From Takakia lepidozioides (lineage: Eukaryota; Plantae; Bryophyta): DNA of 64,000 nt. How positions within the stretch are numbered: the stretch's first letter is position 1; every line of letters begins with the position of its first letter. Shown here one piece after another: positions 38,406-51,827 of the stretch. Where the stretch lies: positions 51,584,001 through 51,648,000 of the forward strand of contig CM060732.1 in assembly GCA_030704615.1 (NCBI GenBank), in the 5' to 3' direction. The notes beneath the pieces are model-generated. The model was given only the letters and a program-made list of their open reading frames with translations, was not told where the DNA came from and did no database searches. The position numbers were made by a program, and so were the translations under genes.

Positions 38406-40377
38406 GATGGCATGTTGCAGGCCAATCCATGGTTGACGGGCAACTTCCCTTATCGGGATGGGGTCCAATTCTCCCTTGGGTTATGTAACTCAAATATGTA
38501 GCAATGTGAATTACAAGTTGCTTGTGAGCTGAGAGATTGTTTTTGGAATTTGTATGTATGTAGCTTTGTTATTTGGCCGCAGATTATAATTCATAATCTA
38601 TAATCTATCTTGCAAGCTATGGCTGAAGAGGCTGTGGCTGTGGCCAAATTTGTTACTGTTCAATTGAATGTGCCTGGTGACTAGAATTCCCGCACTAGTG
38701 TTGTGGTGTATCACTTCACAAGGCGGGGAATTCCAATTTAATGTGTCTGGTTTTCTTTCTGTGATTGGTTTCTTGTTATTTGGAGTGTGTCTGCCTTCCA
38801 CTCTGATCACACAATCTGTTGTCCTCCCCCTTCTCATACCAACTGGTTGGCAAAGGTGCCTGGCTACGAAGATATGACAAAACCTCATCATAAACCCTAC
38901 AACTTGTCATACTTCCTGGTCCTTTCAAAGTTCCACACCCTCGTTTTGGATAAGAAAGTGGAGAAGATCATAGCTGTAAAAATAAGGCACATGTTCCTCA
39001 AGGCACATGATCCTCAACACGCTGAAGCCGGGCGCCATTCTAGTCTGAGTTACTCATAGCCTTCCAAACACAGTGGGACAATCAAGTGGAACAGCAGCAG
39101 ACCTGCTATCATACTGTCTTGATTCCCTCTTCAAAGTTAAGCCATCCTTGCATATTGAACTGCATGCATTAAATCATACACACAAGTAATTTTTGGGCTT
39201 GGATAAAGTTGAGAGATACTATCAAACTCTCTGAAGACTTAGGCAGGCACAACTACATTTCTGTGCTCAATTGAGCGAAGGTAGATTGCTTAGAGCTGCT
39301 CATTACTGAGGTATATTCTGTTTAGTGAGTTGATTAGTGTCCTGACTTGGGGTACAGAACCAGCTTGTCTCCTGTAGAGAGGGAATGATGGGAATGCTGT
39401 CTGTTGGCCAGGCTTCGGTCCGCCATACCAGGGATCTTCACCAAGGAGCTAGACTAATTACCATTGAGAGATGGAGACTTGTATTGTTGGTGTTCGATTG
39501 CAGTTTTGTAAATGAACTATCAGAGTCAAGCAAAGGAGGATAGAGGTACGCAACCGGATGTAGCCATACCATCCACCAGTTAGTCAAATTTCAGGCACAG
39601 ACTCTGTTAAACCCACGCATGTTGGAGAATTGTAGCACAGGCAGGAAAAGCAATGGGCCTTTCAAAGCCATCTTTCTCACATAGAATGAATGACAGTAGA
39701 CTGCCTACAGGAAGGTATTCTAGCAATTCCTATCAGAAACAGATAGCAAAATAGAGTGCATTGTTTTCAAAAACCACTGTCATGATATTGCTGCCTTACT
39801 CAAACATGTACAGCATACCTATCAGCAGAAAATGAACAAAGAACAGTAATGTGCATGCCCTCAATCCATGTCATGTGTCCATTGTGAGCTACTCGAGAAA
39901 CCACAAGGGCAAATCCACATCACATGACTTGGCTGGGCACCTAATGGTAACAACTAACACATCCTCTGCCAGTTCTAAACTGCTCAACATTGACATATCG
40001 TGGCACCAACCTCTACCCCATCGATGAAAGACTAGCCTTTGCTTGGTGCCTGCCTCCCAAAGTGGCCATGTCATAAATGAACAAGTACTGATGAAGAGAC
40101 GAGACCTGTCCCCACAATGACAGCAGCGAGTGGTAAAGTCCTCATAGGGGCGGTCTGCTAATCACATGCCCTGCATTGCCACCCACAATGCTTCAAGATC
40201 TTACTATACTTCTGTCTCATAATTCAGCACTAGACGTATACCAGATGTATGTCCTATATGTCATGCATAGAGGAGTTAAATTGCATCAGAAACTTGAGCA
40301 TGAATTGGCAAAATAACAACCAAGAGTTATTCTAACATTAGTGATAAAAGCATAAGTGTACAATACTCAGCTTGTAC

Positions 40378-41625
40378 CTAGTTGATATGTTTTCTTTTCT
40401 TCTTCTTAGGGCCTGCACCAGAAGAACCTGCATCCATCTTCAAGTTAGGTGGGGTCTTGACAGTATTGAGGGACTTGACAACAGGCCCCCGAGTGGTCAA
40501 GTTGGGAGGAGTCTTCACGGTGTTCAGTGACTTCACAACAGGGCCCCGAGCGGCCTTCACAACACCGTCCCGTGGGATTGAGTTACTCTTATCATGGTGG
40601 CTCAGATCATTGTCTTCATTCGTATCCAAGGGCTTGTGCACAACTCTCTTTGATGAGGGGGTACTTTCACCTGGGCACTTGTCCATATCCTTGTCAATTG
40701 ATACCTTAGAATCCGCCCTTGTGGTGGGCTTCTTTGCATACTCTGCACTCAATGCCTTGCGAGATCTCTTTCGTTCTCGTTTACGCTTCCCTGTTGCCTG
40801 AACATGTGGACTGACAAGGGCTGCAGCTGGGGGGTTCAACACTGGTCCAAGAACAGGAGGGGTTCTCGCTAAGGCATGAGGTACATATACTACCATAGGT
40901 AATGGAGAACCACCATCAAATTGAGCTGGAACTGCGGGAATGGATATTGGCGGAGCAACAAGGGAGGTAGCAACTGGTGGAGTGACATGAAATATAGGAT
41001 CTGAAACTTGTGAGGGGCCTCCACCTATGGTACTGTGCAACACAACTATATCAGAATCAGACTGGGAGTCGGCCCCAGCATCAGTTTCAAATCCCTGTGA
41101 CCCCAATTATGAGTCTGATGAGAGGGTTGCCACATGTCCAGTATTTTGGGCACCATCTCTTTCAACCTTCACATCCACATAAGGAGGAACAACAGTGGAT
41201 GGGATTGTCAAGTCCACAACATCTTCATGTGTACTTTGTAGCGTATGTGTCGTGACAATCTCTGGAACAAATGCAACATGCAGTGGAGATCCAGGAATCT
41301 TCTTTGGTGGAGAACCAGGAATGAGGAACTTCTTGACATAACCCTTTCCTGAAGCTGAAACCTCTTGCATGATGGTATCAGGTGTCACATCAACCTAGGG
41401 TTCAACGGATCACCAACAATTGGTGCAACGATCCCCGGCCGTGACAGCCCCAAAGGTGACATTTTGAAGAGTTGACGAGCTTGGAGTTCGAGGGAAGTTT
41501 TGGTTCACAGCACTACCACCATGTCCACTTTGGCCTCCACTGTAGTTGGTGGTGAATGCGCTATAGTTGGTGGTGGCCTGAGATGGAGGTCCTGGTCTTC
41601 GTTTGTTGGCATCAATGAACACCAT
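40378..41625 (-). pseudogene. Second, convergent ORF of unknown function inside the Sola-like element (P/S/K-rich, NLS-like KRKRERKR and PKKKKRK)
   Basis: ORFs 41410-41625, 41107-41388 and 40378-41106 are nearly contiguous on the minus strand, with an internal 60-bp duplication (RGPVVKSLNTVKTPPNL x2). Further exon-like pieces are probable down to ~38800. Confidence 0.45.
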
Positions 41626-44600
41626 TACAACTGGTTTGAGAAGGCTGAATTATCACTTGGTGCCTAGTGTCTACCAATACAACATTAACTGTAATTTGAG
41701 TCTAGACAAGTCATTGTAGTCCTTACCATTGGCCGAAGTCCCAACAGTTGGACTACAATAATTATGTGTAGAGTGCACAGTCCATCATAATGGACTTTTT
41801 GTCCCCCATATTAGACTTCCAAGTTCTATGCAGCTGATGATGGGACTACAAGCAAGATTCACACTCCCTAATTAGGACTCACACTCCATCTGGGCCACGA
41901 CTCAGATTCCAAGTTGAGAGCAAGCTCCTCAATAAGGACTCGCATTCCACATCCATTATTTTGCAGTTGGACTCACACTCCACATGATTAAGCACATGGA
42001 TTGACCCTCCACAGGACTCTGATTCCAAACTGGAAATCAGTGGAAATCATTAAGGACTCATTCTGCACACTAGAAAATAGGTTACTGTCCAGGTCTCCAA
42101 AAATGGGATCCGCTTGCCCCCCTCACTATAACACAAAAAGGGTAGCTCGTTGGAGAGTAGTTTGAAGTCATAACAACAAAGATAAGTGACACAAACTCAG
42201 GGGTCTGTTCACCTGTTTGAATAGACTGGACTTGGTACCCACTACCAGTGTGACAAACTTTACATTTAGCTACCTATGCTACATCTGCTACTCTTCCCCT
42301 GCCTCGCTGATATCGTCCCTTTTATAACAACGACCACACTTGGTACAAGCCATATACAAATGCAACTTGACAAAAAAAGGGCATGCACTCTCACTTGAAA
42401 CCAGCCAGCGACAACAGTTCACAAGTCTGCATGGTAGGCCAGATTAGGCCAGATCCCCTCATCCCTCCCCACGATCATTAAATGCCACCATTGTGTGCTC
42501 CCTTCCAGCACATATCTTGCTGTGGAGTTCTCCTCCAGTTGTAACTGTGATGAACATACACAAAACAGGTCAAACAACTAAACACAAACTTTGGATATTC
42601 TCACTCAAATGTTTCCACTGCAGACGGATTAATACTGAAGTTACAACGACCATGTTGGCCTACCTTGGAGTAGGCATTGCCATGTGGGAGAGCAACTCCA
42701 ACCATGCCTAAAACTTTAAATCCATTCAGCTTTCGGTGCTCAAAGAGAGCATGTCAGCGTGCTCTACAATAGCTAATGCGGCTGTTCAAGGCGAGTTTGG
42801 CGCACCACCCTCAAGCTCTCAAAGTCATGAGTTAGTTCAAGGTCAGATGGTGGGCTTAGTGCCTAATACCAGATACCCTAAGATGACAGACTCTATTTCT
42901 TGGAAGCAAGACCGTCCTGTTAAACAGGCTAAGTCATGTCAGAAAAATGTAGAGGAGATGTTTCAAGTACCTGAAGTTTGGGCAGGAAGAACTGACCCTG
43001 TTGGATGAAGCTCACTTGGAGGCTGAAGTGTCTAAAGCCACGTCGGAAGCATGAATAATGCTTGAACAAAAATAAGTTAGGAATAAACATCCCTGAACTT
43101 GTTTCCAGTTTGTGACATGGGTGAACCTTAGGCTGAAAGGCCTACCTATCCTTAGCATTAAACTACAATTTAACCCCAGGGCGGGGGGTCAATTCTTGAA
43201 CAAATAACACATGCAGAGAGGAAAGGGAGATTGTCAATGCTCGATGTGTGGGCGCGCTGAAGGCAATACCCATTTTCTAAAACAGTGTCTCGGGTATTCT
43301 CATCAGAGAGCCACCCTCTTCAGGACCGTATAGTGCTTGCACCTCTGCTCACCAACTTTCAAAGTATCGATTCTGAGCCTAAAGCCCTGGCCCTGTTGGG
43401 GTCTAATTGCTAGGTAGCTCAGACACAGCAGATTGATGCAACCAATTGTTTATATCAAGGTAGCTCCAACTACTGGAGTGAGCCCCTCACAAAGGTAATA
43501 GTAAGCAGACTTTTGTGATCAATCATCGTGCAGTACCCTCACCGTAATGGTCACATACAAACTGTCATGTATGAATGACTGTGCAGCCTAAATTTTTAGG
43601 GTTTTACAACATGAATTGCTAGCAGGTAGCTCCAAAATTAGCTCAACTAGACTCACTAACAAGACATAAGTATATCCTTCTCTGGGCAGGGAAAAAAATG
43701 GAGAAATACCAACCCAACAAGGAACACACCATAGAGAATGATAAACAAAACAGGCATCACTGTCAAGATTCAAGAAAGGCAATTAACCACTGTGTTCAAA
43801 TGCACAATGCAAGAAGTATAGAATCAGGCATGAAAGATCGCAGTGGTGGCTTGTACTTGTAGAGTTCAAGTGGAAAGTTACTAGTCACGATCATCATTTG
43901 GATGGCAATCTGCCATCTCTTTCCAGGCGCTACGACAGAAACATTCATGCTTGCAGGAACCTAATTCCAGATATGCCGCACACCAAATCGACTGGCCACG
44001 AACTTGAACGAAACTTACCAAGGGTAGAGTCAGGCAACAATTAAGTGCTTTTCCAGCGATGGCACACCCGAGCACCCCCGCCCAAGCTCCTCCTCTACTC
44101 CTCTACCCTCGTGCCTCTGCTGCTATGGCAACAACACACAATGTTGCACTTTATAAGCTCTGCTCGCATCGCCCGCTTCCTTTGCTACCACCACCCAAGC
44201 GCGCCCATAGAAACACAGAAATGAAAATGAACTTCACGCATGCGTAGAGTTGATGAAACAATCACAAGCTAAACCCTAAAAATCTTACAAAATGGTAAGC
44301 AAACTTTTGTGATCAAACATTCCCAATCTCTTCCCAATCTCTTCACATTCCCAATCCCAATCAACTCGTACGTCCTAGCTAGCTTCTAGTTGCGCATCGT
44401 GCGTCATACATGGCAGCTCGTCGTCCCCGCGCTTCAGTCTAGCCCAACGCGACCAGCCATCTTCCAGCCACCCCCCGATGAAGGCGACCTCCAATCGACG
44501 GTAATAACTTGATGTACAAAAACAATCAACGGCTACAATAAATTCAACTTTTTCCGACTTCGTTCCCGCGTGCTGCGTTTTCTACTTCATATGTCCATTT

Positions 44601-44656
44601 TTTATGGACTGCAAGTTGCCGCTTTTGGATGGCCCATACCATGCTTCTTCCCTAAG

Positions 44657-46540
44657 CCAATGGAACTTCATGGCGCCAGACTTGCTAGATGGGCTATGTA
44701 TCTACAGGAATTTGACATGGATATAGTCTATAAGAAGGGCAAGGAAAACACGAATGCTGATGCACTCACACGGATTGATCCTCCTGTTAGCAGGCCTATG
44801 CTCACCTTGGATGACCTTGTTGCTGCATGCTGCCCCTCCTCCTGATCTTGCCTCTCTTCTCAACCTTCTTTGTGCAGATCATCAACCCTTGGCCCTAGAT
44901 TCGCATGGCATATTGGCTGCTTGGGGCTGGTCTAGCCTATTAGATGAGCCTAGTTTGATTTATTCGTGTGTTAGTATGTGTGGTGGATCTATCGCTTAAC
45001 GAGAATTCGGATGGTTTGGTGGAAGTTCCTTGTTGTGTTTCAGCCCTTCTCTTTCCTAGGCCCCCGAGTTTGTTATGATTCGGCTGCTGCACTCCGGTGT
45101 GACTATTGGCTTGAGCCTCAAGGCCTGATTTGGTTATCCATGAGTAGTAACAAATGAGGTAAAGGTATCCCTGGCTGGAGATCATAGGTGCAAGCACTCC
45201 AGACCACCTTCTCTAAAACCCATTGTCTACCTCTTATGTACAGTGCAGTCATGGATGATCAGCTACATGCTGCGCTACTCCAACGATGCCAATCAGGGCG
45301 TTCGCCAGCTGGCCTTTCTGAGTCTTTGCGTAAACAAATTCTCTATCATGTGTCTACTCACCGTTTTATGGGTGATAAACTTTTCAAGGAGCTCACTAGA
45401 GGAGGAGTGCCATGCTACTTGGAGGTGCCACCACGGAGCCAGCTGAATGCTTTATTGGAGCGTTTCCATTGTTCCTTGTATATAGGTCACATTGGTATCA
45501 AGAAAACTGTGGCCCGCATCCAAGAGGTATACTATTGGCTGGGAATTCACCGAGACGTCACCGAATTCATCTCTAGGTGTGAAGGTTGTCGTGCTAACAT
45601 TGCTCCCCCTAGGACCCGGATCTTGTATGAGCTGCAGCCTTTGCCTGTCACCCATGCTTTTGCTCGTGCTGGCATTGACTTGGTAGGACTCCTCGCACTC
45701 ACATCAAAGGGTCGAAGCTACCTTTGTGTTGCTACCGACTACTTGACTAAGTGGGTAGAAGTCCGGCCTTTGTATTCCAAGGCTAGTGATGTTGTAGCCC
45801 AGTTCTTCTTCAATGAGATCCTTATGCGGCATGGGTGTCCTCGGGAGATACTAACGGATCAGGGCAAGGAGTTTTGTAACCAGCTCCTCACGGTGATTTG
45901 TTTCAACTTTGGTGTTAAGCATTCCACCACCACCCCATACCATCCCCAGACCAATGGCCTTACGGAACGCTTCAACCAAACTCTTTGCCGAATGTTGGAG
46001 AAGAATGGCGCACTTACCAGGGAGTGGGATACCTTTCTTTCCCCTATTCTCTTTGCTTATCGCACCGCCGTGCATGCTAGCACCAAGAAGACTCCTTTTG
46101 GTCACAAGTGTGTTTCTCCTTTGCATTCTACCCCTCTTATTTCTACTGTTGCTGATCTGGTTGATCTTGAGACCTTTGTTGAGGATCTTCATGCTCAACA
46201 TGCGGTGTCTATCCATGATGCCAAGATGAACATTGGTAAGGCTCAACTAATCCAGACCCGTAATTTTAACAAGCGTGTCAAGTATTCTAACCTGGTTCAG
46301 GTGGGACAGACCGTGTGCGTTCGATTACAACATGACAAGCAAGCATGCAAAGCTAAGCTCAAGATCGATGGTCCATACTTGATCTATCAGATTTTACGTG
46401 GGCGACGTGCTCTCCTTCTTCCACAAGGCTCTAATACTGAAGTGCGGGATGAACCTATTTCCTTGACAGACTTGGTGCATTCCGAGCTAGTTTTTGATCT
46501 TACATGTATCAGAGGGGTGCACGGTGGGGTAATGTCTTGA
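44657..46540 (+). mobile_element. Ty3/Gypsy element A, 3' piece: end of RNase H and integrase
   Basis: LARWAMYLQEFDMDIVYKKGKENTNADALTR; integrase H..H..C..C (FHCSLYIGHIG...CEGC), GIDLVG, TDQGKEF, YHPQTNGLTERFN and a GPY motif. Confidence 0.92.
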
Positions 46541-46769
46541 TCTTCTTAGCTGATCTACTTCAGCTTGATCCACTTCTCTTCTCAACGGCTTAGTCTTAGT
46601 TTGCGGATGATGACTCTTGGGGTCCTAGGACTTGACCTCTCTAGGACTTAGAACATTCTAGTTTCATGGCATATCACCATCTGTACTCCCTGCACGGTTT
46701 TCGTAGCCAAGGGTTTTGTCCTCGGCCCAACTTGCAGGTGCCAGGTTTTCTCTTGCTAGGTTTTTCACC

Positions 46770-47425
46770 CAGCAGTGGAGGGTGATATTTTCCTATTATT
46801 TGTTTTCCTTCGCGGAGCTCAGGACTTTTCGTGGGGGGTAGGCTTCACAACCCATATTTGCTTAGCCTGGAAACAAAACGGCGATATACATCCATAGTAT
46901 ATTTTTTTGGCGTATAAAGCCGTTAAACCGTTACAATGATATCTAGGTTAGGGTTAGTTTTTGCTGGTGGCTCGATCCTGATCCTTCGCCAAATCTAGGG
47001 CTACAAGGCGGCGCCATGGGCTTTGGCTTGTGACATCTCGCTACGCGGCGGGCCACTACGGCTAGGGCTTTTGTATAAAGACGACGCCCTGACACAAGGT
47101 CAGGGCGGTGTACTGGGGTGTTAGTGTATATGTGATATTTGGTGTACAAGCTTTGGATGAGAGCTGCTTTGTGTCATATCCGTGTGTTTGATCCTCCTCT
47201 CGCGCATTGCTTGCTCTTTCCGCTCGCCCCTTTGTTGTGCAACCTTGCTTCTTGAGAGGAAAGGAGTATATGCTTCAGGCTGGTTTTAAGGCAAGGCTTC
47301 AATCTTCCTTTTCCTTAAAACATTTTCTATGGGCGTGCTCTTGAAAGTGAATGCTTCTGTCCGTGCTTCTTGCAAAGCTGAATCTACTAGCAAACCCCCT
47401 ACCCCCTTGAATAATACACTATCAT
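46770..47425 (+). mobile_element. Probable 3' LTR region of element A
   Basis: Purine-rich gtggagggtga downstream of integrase, a TATA-like tataaag near 47073, and an end near ...actatca. No 5' LTR partner was found to confirm it. Confidence 0.35.
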
Positions 47426-48129
47426 TGCGGACACTCCTAGATGGAAAAAGTTAGCTTCACTAAACGGGCTGTTGTAGGCTGTAATCGCTACCAGTCCAGC
47501 TATCAATTAGAGACAAGTACCGTTAAGTATAACATAACAGGCCCACCTGTTGGTGCGGCGGGGGCCTTAGTTAGTTAGTTAACTGATCAGTAACTAACAG
47601 ATGCCTAACTGCAAGTGGGCCCTTCAACATGAACATCCTCCTTCAAAGATAATCTCACATTCAACAGCCTGCAGACTTTCTCGAAAGACTTTCCTAGTAC
47701 TTACTTGGAGCAGGCCTGGCTGCCCGCCAACTTCCTTTTGGCATGCATATCCATAATCTGACTGGCATTCAATAGAGAAAAGACAATGAGAGACAGTTTC
47801 TCAGTCTTCAGATAAAGAATTTCAGAGAGAAGTGGCGGTCCACACCTTCAACTCCAAGCGTGCGGCTCCTTACTCCCTCGCTATAACCCGCTGCTCGCCC
47901 TAATTATGTTCGCACTACCTGCAATCCCATAATTCATGGCTGCATTATCCTCTTGTCAGATCACTCTGCCCCAGCCCCCTTTATTCTATCATTTCCTAAT
48001 AACCCACACACTTTATCTTTTCTTTCTTTATCTTTATCTTCGTATCAAAAATAAAAACATAAAATAATAATAATAATAAAGGGCTATTTGTTTTTCAAAT
48101 TATGAGGGCAGGAAATAAGCTCTTTCTTA

Positions 48130-48260
48130 GTAACCTCGCCGAAAAAACAAAAAAAAAAAACCTCGCCGAGCACAAGGCTCATGGGACATCGCCCAGTGGA
48201 AGGAAGAAGACCACACTCGACAAGGTAGCAGGGTTCGAACCTGGGTGGCAACTCTTTTTG
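48130..48260 (-). repeat. tRNA-derived SINE-like element (B-box-like GGTTCGAACC, oligo-T tail on the minus strand)
   Basis: An A-run plus cctc, then acactcgacaaggtagcagggttcgaacctgggtggca; similar to 53760-53870. Confidence 0.45.
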
Positions 48261-49445
48261 TTTCAGCAACACAAATGAAAAACAATAAAAATGAAACTTC
48301 CGCGAACCAGTTAGTACCTTATGGTTTTAATGATAATAATATTTTAAATAATAATAATAATAAAGCGAGGGTGGGCCAGGAAATAGAACCCACAGCGCGT
48401 TCAGTCAGAACGTAGGGACCACCGGCCGCTGCATTAAATAGCCGCAGTCTACAAATGTCAAGGCGTATGCTATGCGGCCACGTGTCCCCGACAGTGGGAA
48501 AGTGTCTCATTATGGGGCGCAGGATCGATGAAAAACGTCTAAACGGATGAGATGTGTGGATGAGAAGGTATGTTCCGGCTGTTTGACCTGATCTCGGGTG
48601 CAGAGTGAAGGGTGTGGGGAGGTGCATGATTGATTACTGTGCGGGCGCAGTTTGACTTTGTCGTTGGGGGCGCAGTGAAAAGCCTGATTTTACGACAGGC
48701 GTATTAATTTTGGGTCGGGGGTGAAAATGTGGAGTGCACGAGTTCAAAGGGACGTAATTACCACGGATGTACATCCATCCGGCGAGAGGTCCGCGCGTGC
48801 GAAGCTGCGACTGGGGCTGCGAGTCTGTGGGAGAGAGAGAGGTCTGAGGGAGAGAGAGAGAGAGGGAGAGCACAGAGATGCATTTCTGAGCGTTGGAGTG
48901 GGAATGATAGGGCTTCGGATCGGATTTGGAAGAAGGGGGCGGAAAGGCGTGAGGGGAATCCGGGTAGGTAGAGTGAAGAGTTTGTGGTGAGGGAGAAGAG
49001 TAGTGTGGGATTTGGTAGACAGATTGGAGGTGAGAAAGAAGGATCAAGCGCTGACAAGTGCATTGGCATTGGGGAAAGAACGAGAGGAGGGAGGAGGTGG
49101 CGTGGTCCGTCGCTCGTTTCGGAGAGGGATTGAGGGGAGAGGAAGAGACGGAGGGAGGGGGATTATTAGGGGTTTAAGAGCTGACGAGGCCGGAGAGGCG
49201 CGAAAAAGAGCGGGATGAGACGGGGGAGGGACGAAAGAAACAACACTGGAACGTCATTCATGTGCGTGAACTGAGGCAGGGATTGTGATTCAGGAGGTAG
49301 CTCACATTTTCGGTGTTGTGGAGCCGAGTTCGAGGCTGCACAATGCGCTTTTTCTTGCTCCTACAGCGTCTGTAGCGGTTTTCTTCATTCTTTCACTATT
49401 CGTGACTGCTTGTTACGTCACCGACTTAGGGGCCTGTGGAGTGCG

Positions 49446-51827
49446 ATGGAAGCTGCTCCAGCAGGCGATGTGGAGCTGGTATGTAAGACTCTACAGGTGG
49501 AGCACAAGCTATTCTACTTTGATCTGAAGGAAAATCTGCGAGGGCGCTACCTGAAAATTTCTGAAAAGACCTCCGGATCACGGTCCACCATCATTGTCCC
49601 CGTTGCAGGCATTGTCTGGTTTGTGGACTTGTTTAATTACTATGCGAATGGCGATGATCCCGAGCTGTCCAGCAAGGAGCTGCAGCTTGACACCAAGGTG
49701 ATTGAAATTTGTTGACATTTTAGTGCAAATGTCTTCACTGCCAGAGATGACAGCAGGACAAAGGCGGATACAATGCCCTAGGTTTGGTTGCAATTTCAGC
49801 TTTCATGGAGTGTTATAGGCAACTTTTACCGTCCCATGTTCTGTGTCCTCTTATCAGGAGAAACCACTGCTAACAATATGGAAAGGTCCTCTTAAGATGG
49901 GATAGAAAACTTGGCTGTAACACTGTAGGAAATCCTTTGTGCAATCAAAACGAGGGAATGGTTTCACCTTTGGTCCCGATAATTTTTTCTGATATGGACA
50001 CAGATAGGTTCTTCTACAGTCTACAAACGTAGTTTTATGGTGCAATGCTGACACAATACATGTGCTTCCTGATTGAAAGCTTTGATGGAGGAGTTTTGAG
50101 AAGCAAACCATTACACTTTGCCAGTGAATGGGATGATTATTTTCGGGATTGATGGATGAGTACAGGTGTTCTACTTCGATGTTGGTGAAAACCAGAGGGG
50201 TCGCTTTCTGAAGGTATTGTCTGATTGACAAGTCAAATAAGTCTTGTGGTTGCCCTGATGTCCATAAAACGAAAAATTCTGGAGCAAACACTTTGTAGGT
50301 GTCACCATTGATTGCAAAAAGCAAGGATTGTAACGGTTTCTTTAAGATGATATGCCTTAGGTAGAGTTCTGTGTTCTGATCAAACCTTTTTCGAAGATAG
50401 AAGCTACACTACCGATTTCCGTATCATGTAAGTGGACAGTGTACAGTATATGCATCTGCTTGTGGTTTGATGTGATTCGGTCCTATCATAATAAATGAAT
50501 CCAGGACTTGAGCTTCAATGCAGGGGAGTGATCATTGACTAAGCCTGCAGTGCTACTAACACAGCTAGGGTTCTGGTTTAAGGGCATTACAGACGGTAGG
50601 ATGCTTGGCAGGACTGTTGCTCAGCCTATTTTATACGTTGCACATGACATATCCAATCTCTGAGTTCATTGAAGGTGGTACAGGTCTCAGAAGCATCAGT
50701 GACACGCAGTCGCAGCACGATTATTGTGCCTGCTGGAAATCCAGAGGACGATGGGTGGGCTGCATTCCGTAATATTCTGGTTGAGATACATGAAGCTTCA
50801 CAGGTTTTGCTCCCGCCACCATCCGGTTCTGGATCTCCACAGGTATCATCCTAGGATGCCTTTCTTACTTGACATCTTGCTGAATCTTTCCGATTTACTG
50901 TGGCATGGTAAAGTGCCTAAGGTCTGGCCTGAGCCCTAGTTTGTACGTTTTAGGGTTTTGTTTTTCCCTTAATTCTCTGATTCAGACCACCTAAGTATAC
51001 ATTCAACTTGTCAGAGTTGCTGTTGTGATTCAGTCATTCGCCCGCTCTATTATTTTATGTTGTCAATTCCCTCTCCATACAGATTCTAACGGAGGTGAGT
51101 TGTCATGGTGCAGCAAGCCCTAGCTTCTTTGGAGCATGTGCCGGGTTTGTCGGACACTGTAGGAGTTGGTTTCCTTCCAAGTAGCAATTCTCCTCCCATG
51201 TCCTCAGGTAGTTCTATGCCCGATGGCCCACTCAACGTGCCATCTTCAAGCACGGAAAGAGGAGGAATGGGTGCTGCCCGGGTGATACGAGCTGAGCAGA
51301 AGAAGTTTTTCTTTGACCTTGGCAGCAATGCACGGGGCCAGTACCTTCGCATCTCAGAGGTGGGGTATTCTTGTCAGTGAGATTGACCTGTAGTCTCCGG
51401 CTTCAATGTGTGCCGGATTGCCGTCCAACATGTGAATGTCTCATAGTTTGAAATCACAATGGTGCCGCCTAGTTTTTGTGATGTACATGTATGTGATGGC
51501 TGGCAATTCTATATCTCATCATTTTATGCCCTTCACCAGCAAAGACGAAGAAGAAGCAGCCCGTCCTTGAACTGGTTTCTAAACCGGACCAGGCCGTCCC
51601 CCCCCCCCCCCCCCCCTCCCCAAGAGAATTTCCATTCATCTCATGGGCTTTGCTTGCAGGTGACGGGAGCGGACCGGTCTGCTATAATTCTACCTGCTTT
51701 AGCGTTGGAACAATTTCATGAAACACTCGGCCAGTTTGTAGAAATGGTGAAAAGCCAAGGTCTGTTGGGTACAGGGGTGGCCAATGTCCGGACCATTGCA
51801 CCCGCTCGGAAAAGATCCGAGAGCTAA
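49446..51827 (+). CDS. PURA1: Transcription factor Pur-alpha 1 homolog (PUR-repeat ssDNA/RNA-binding protein), 5 coding exons
   Basis: Exons 49446-49697, 50166-50213, 50684-50842, 51114-51359 and 51660-51827 with GT-AG junctions. Three PUR repeats: ELVCKTLQVEHKLFYFDLKENLRGRYLKISE, SKELQLDTK|VFYFDVGENQRGRFLK|VSE and RAEQKKFFFDLGSNARGQYLRISE|VTGADRSAIILP. Confidence 0.95.

Larger units (their letters stand above)
35566..44652 (+). mobile_element. Sola2-like DNA transposon, copy 2 (9.1 kb) with 30-bp imperfect TIRs and TAAG TSD
   Basis: TSD TAAG at 35562-35565 and 44653-44656. Left TIR gggtcaaagcatgctacggtccacccaaaa vs right TIR (rc) gggaagaagcatggtatgggccatccaaaa, 23/30 identical. Removing the element restores KALVK-PMELHGARLARW in element A. 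Confidence 0.85.

Noticed and set aside
48225-48245. tRNA gene
   Set aside because: Only a B-box-like motif is present; no cloverleaf could be built.
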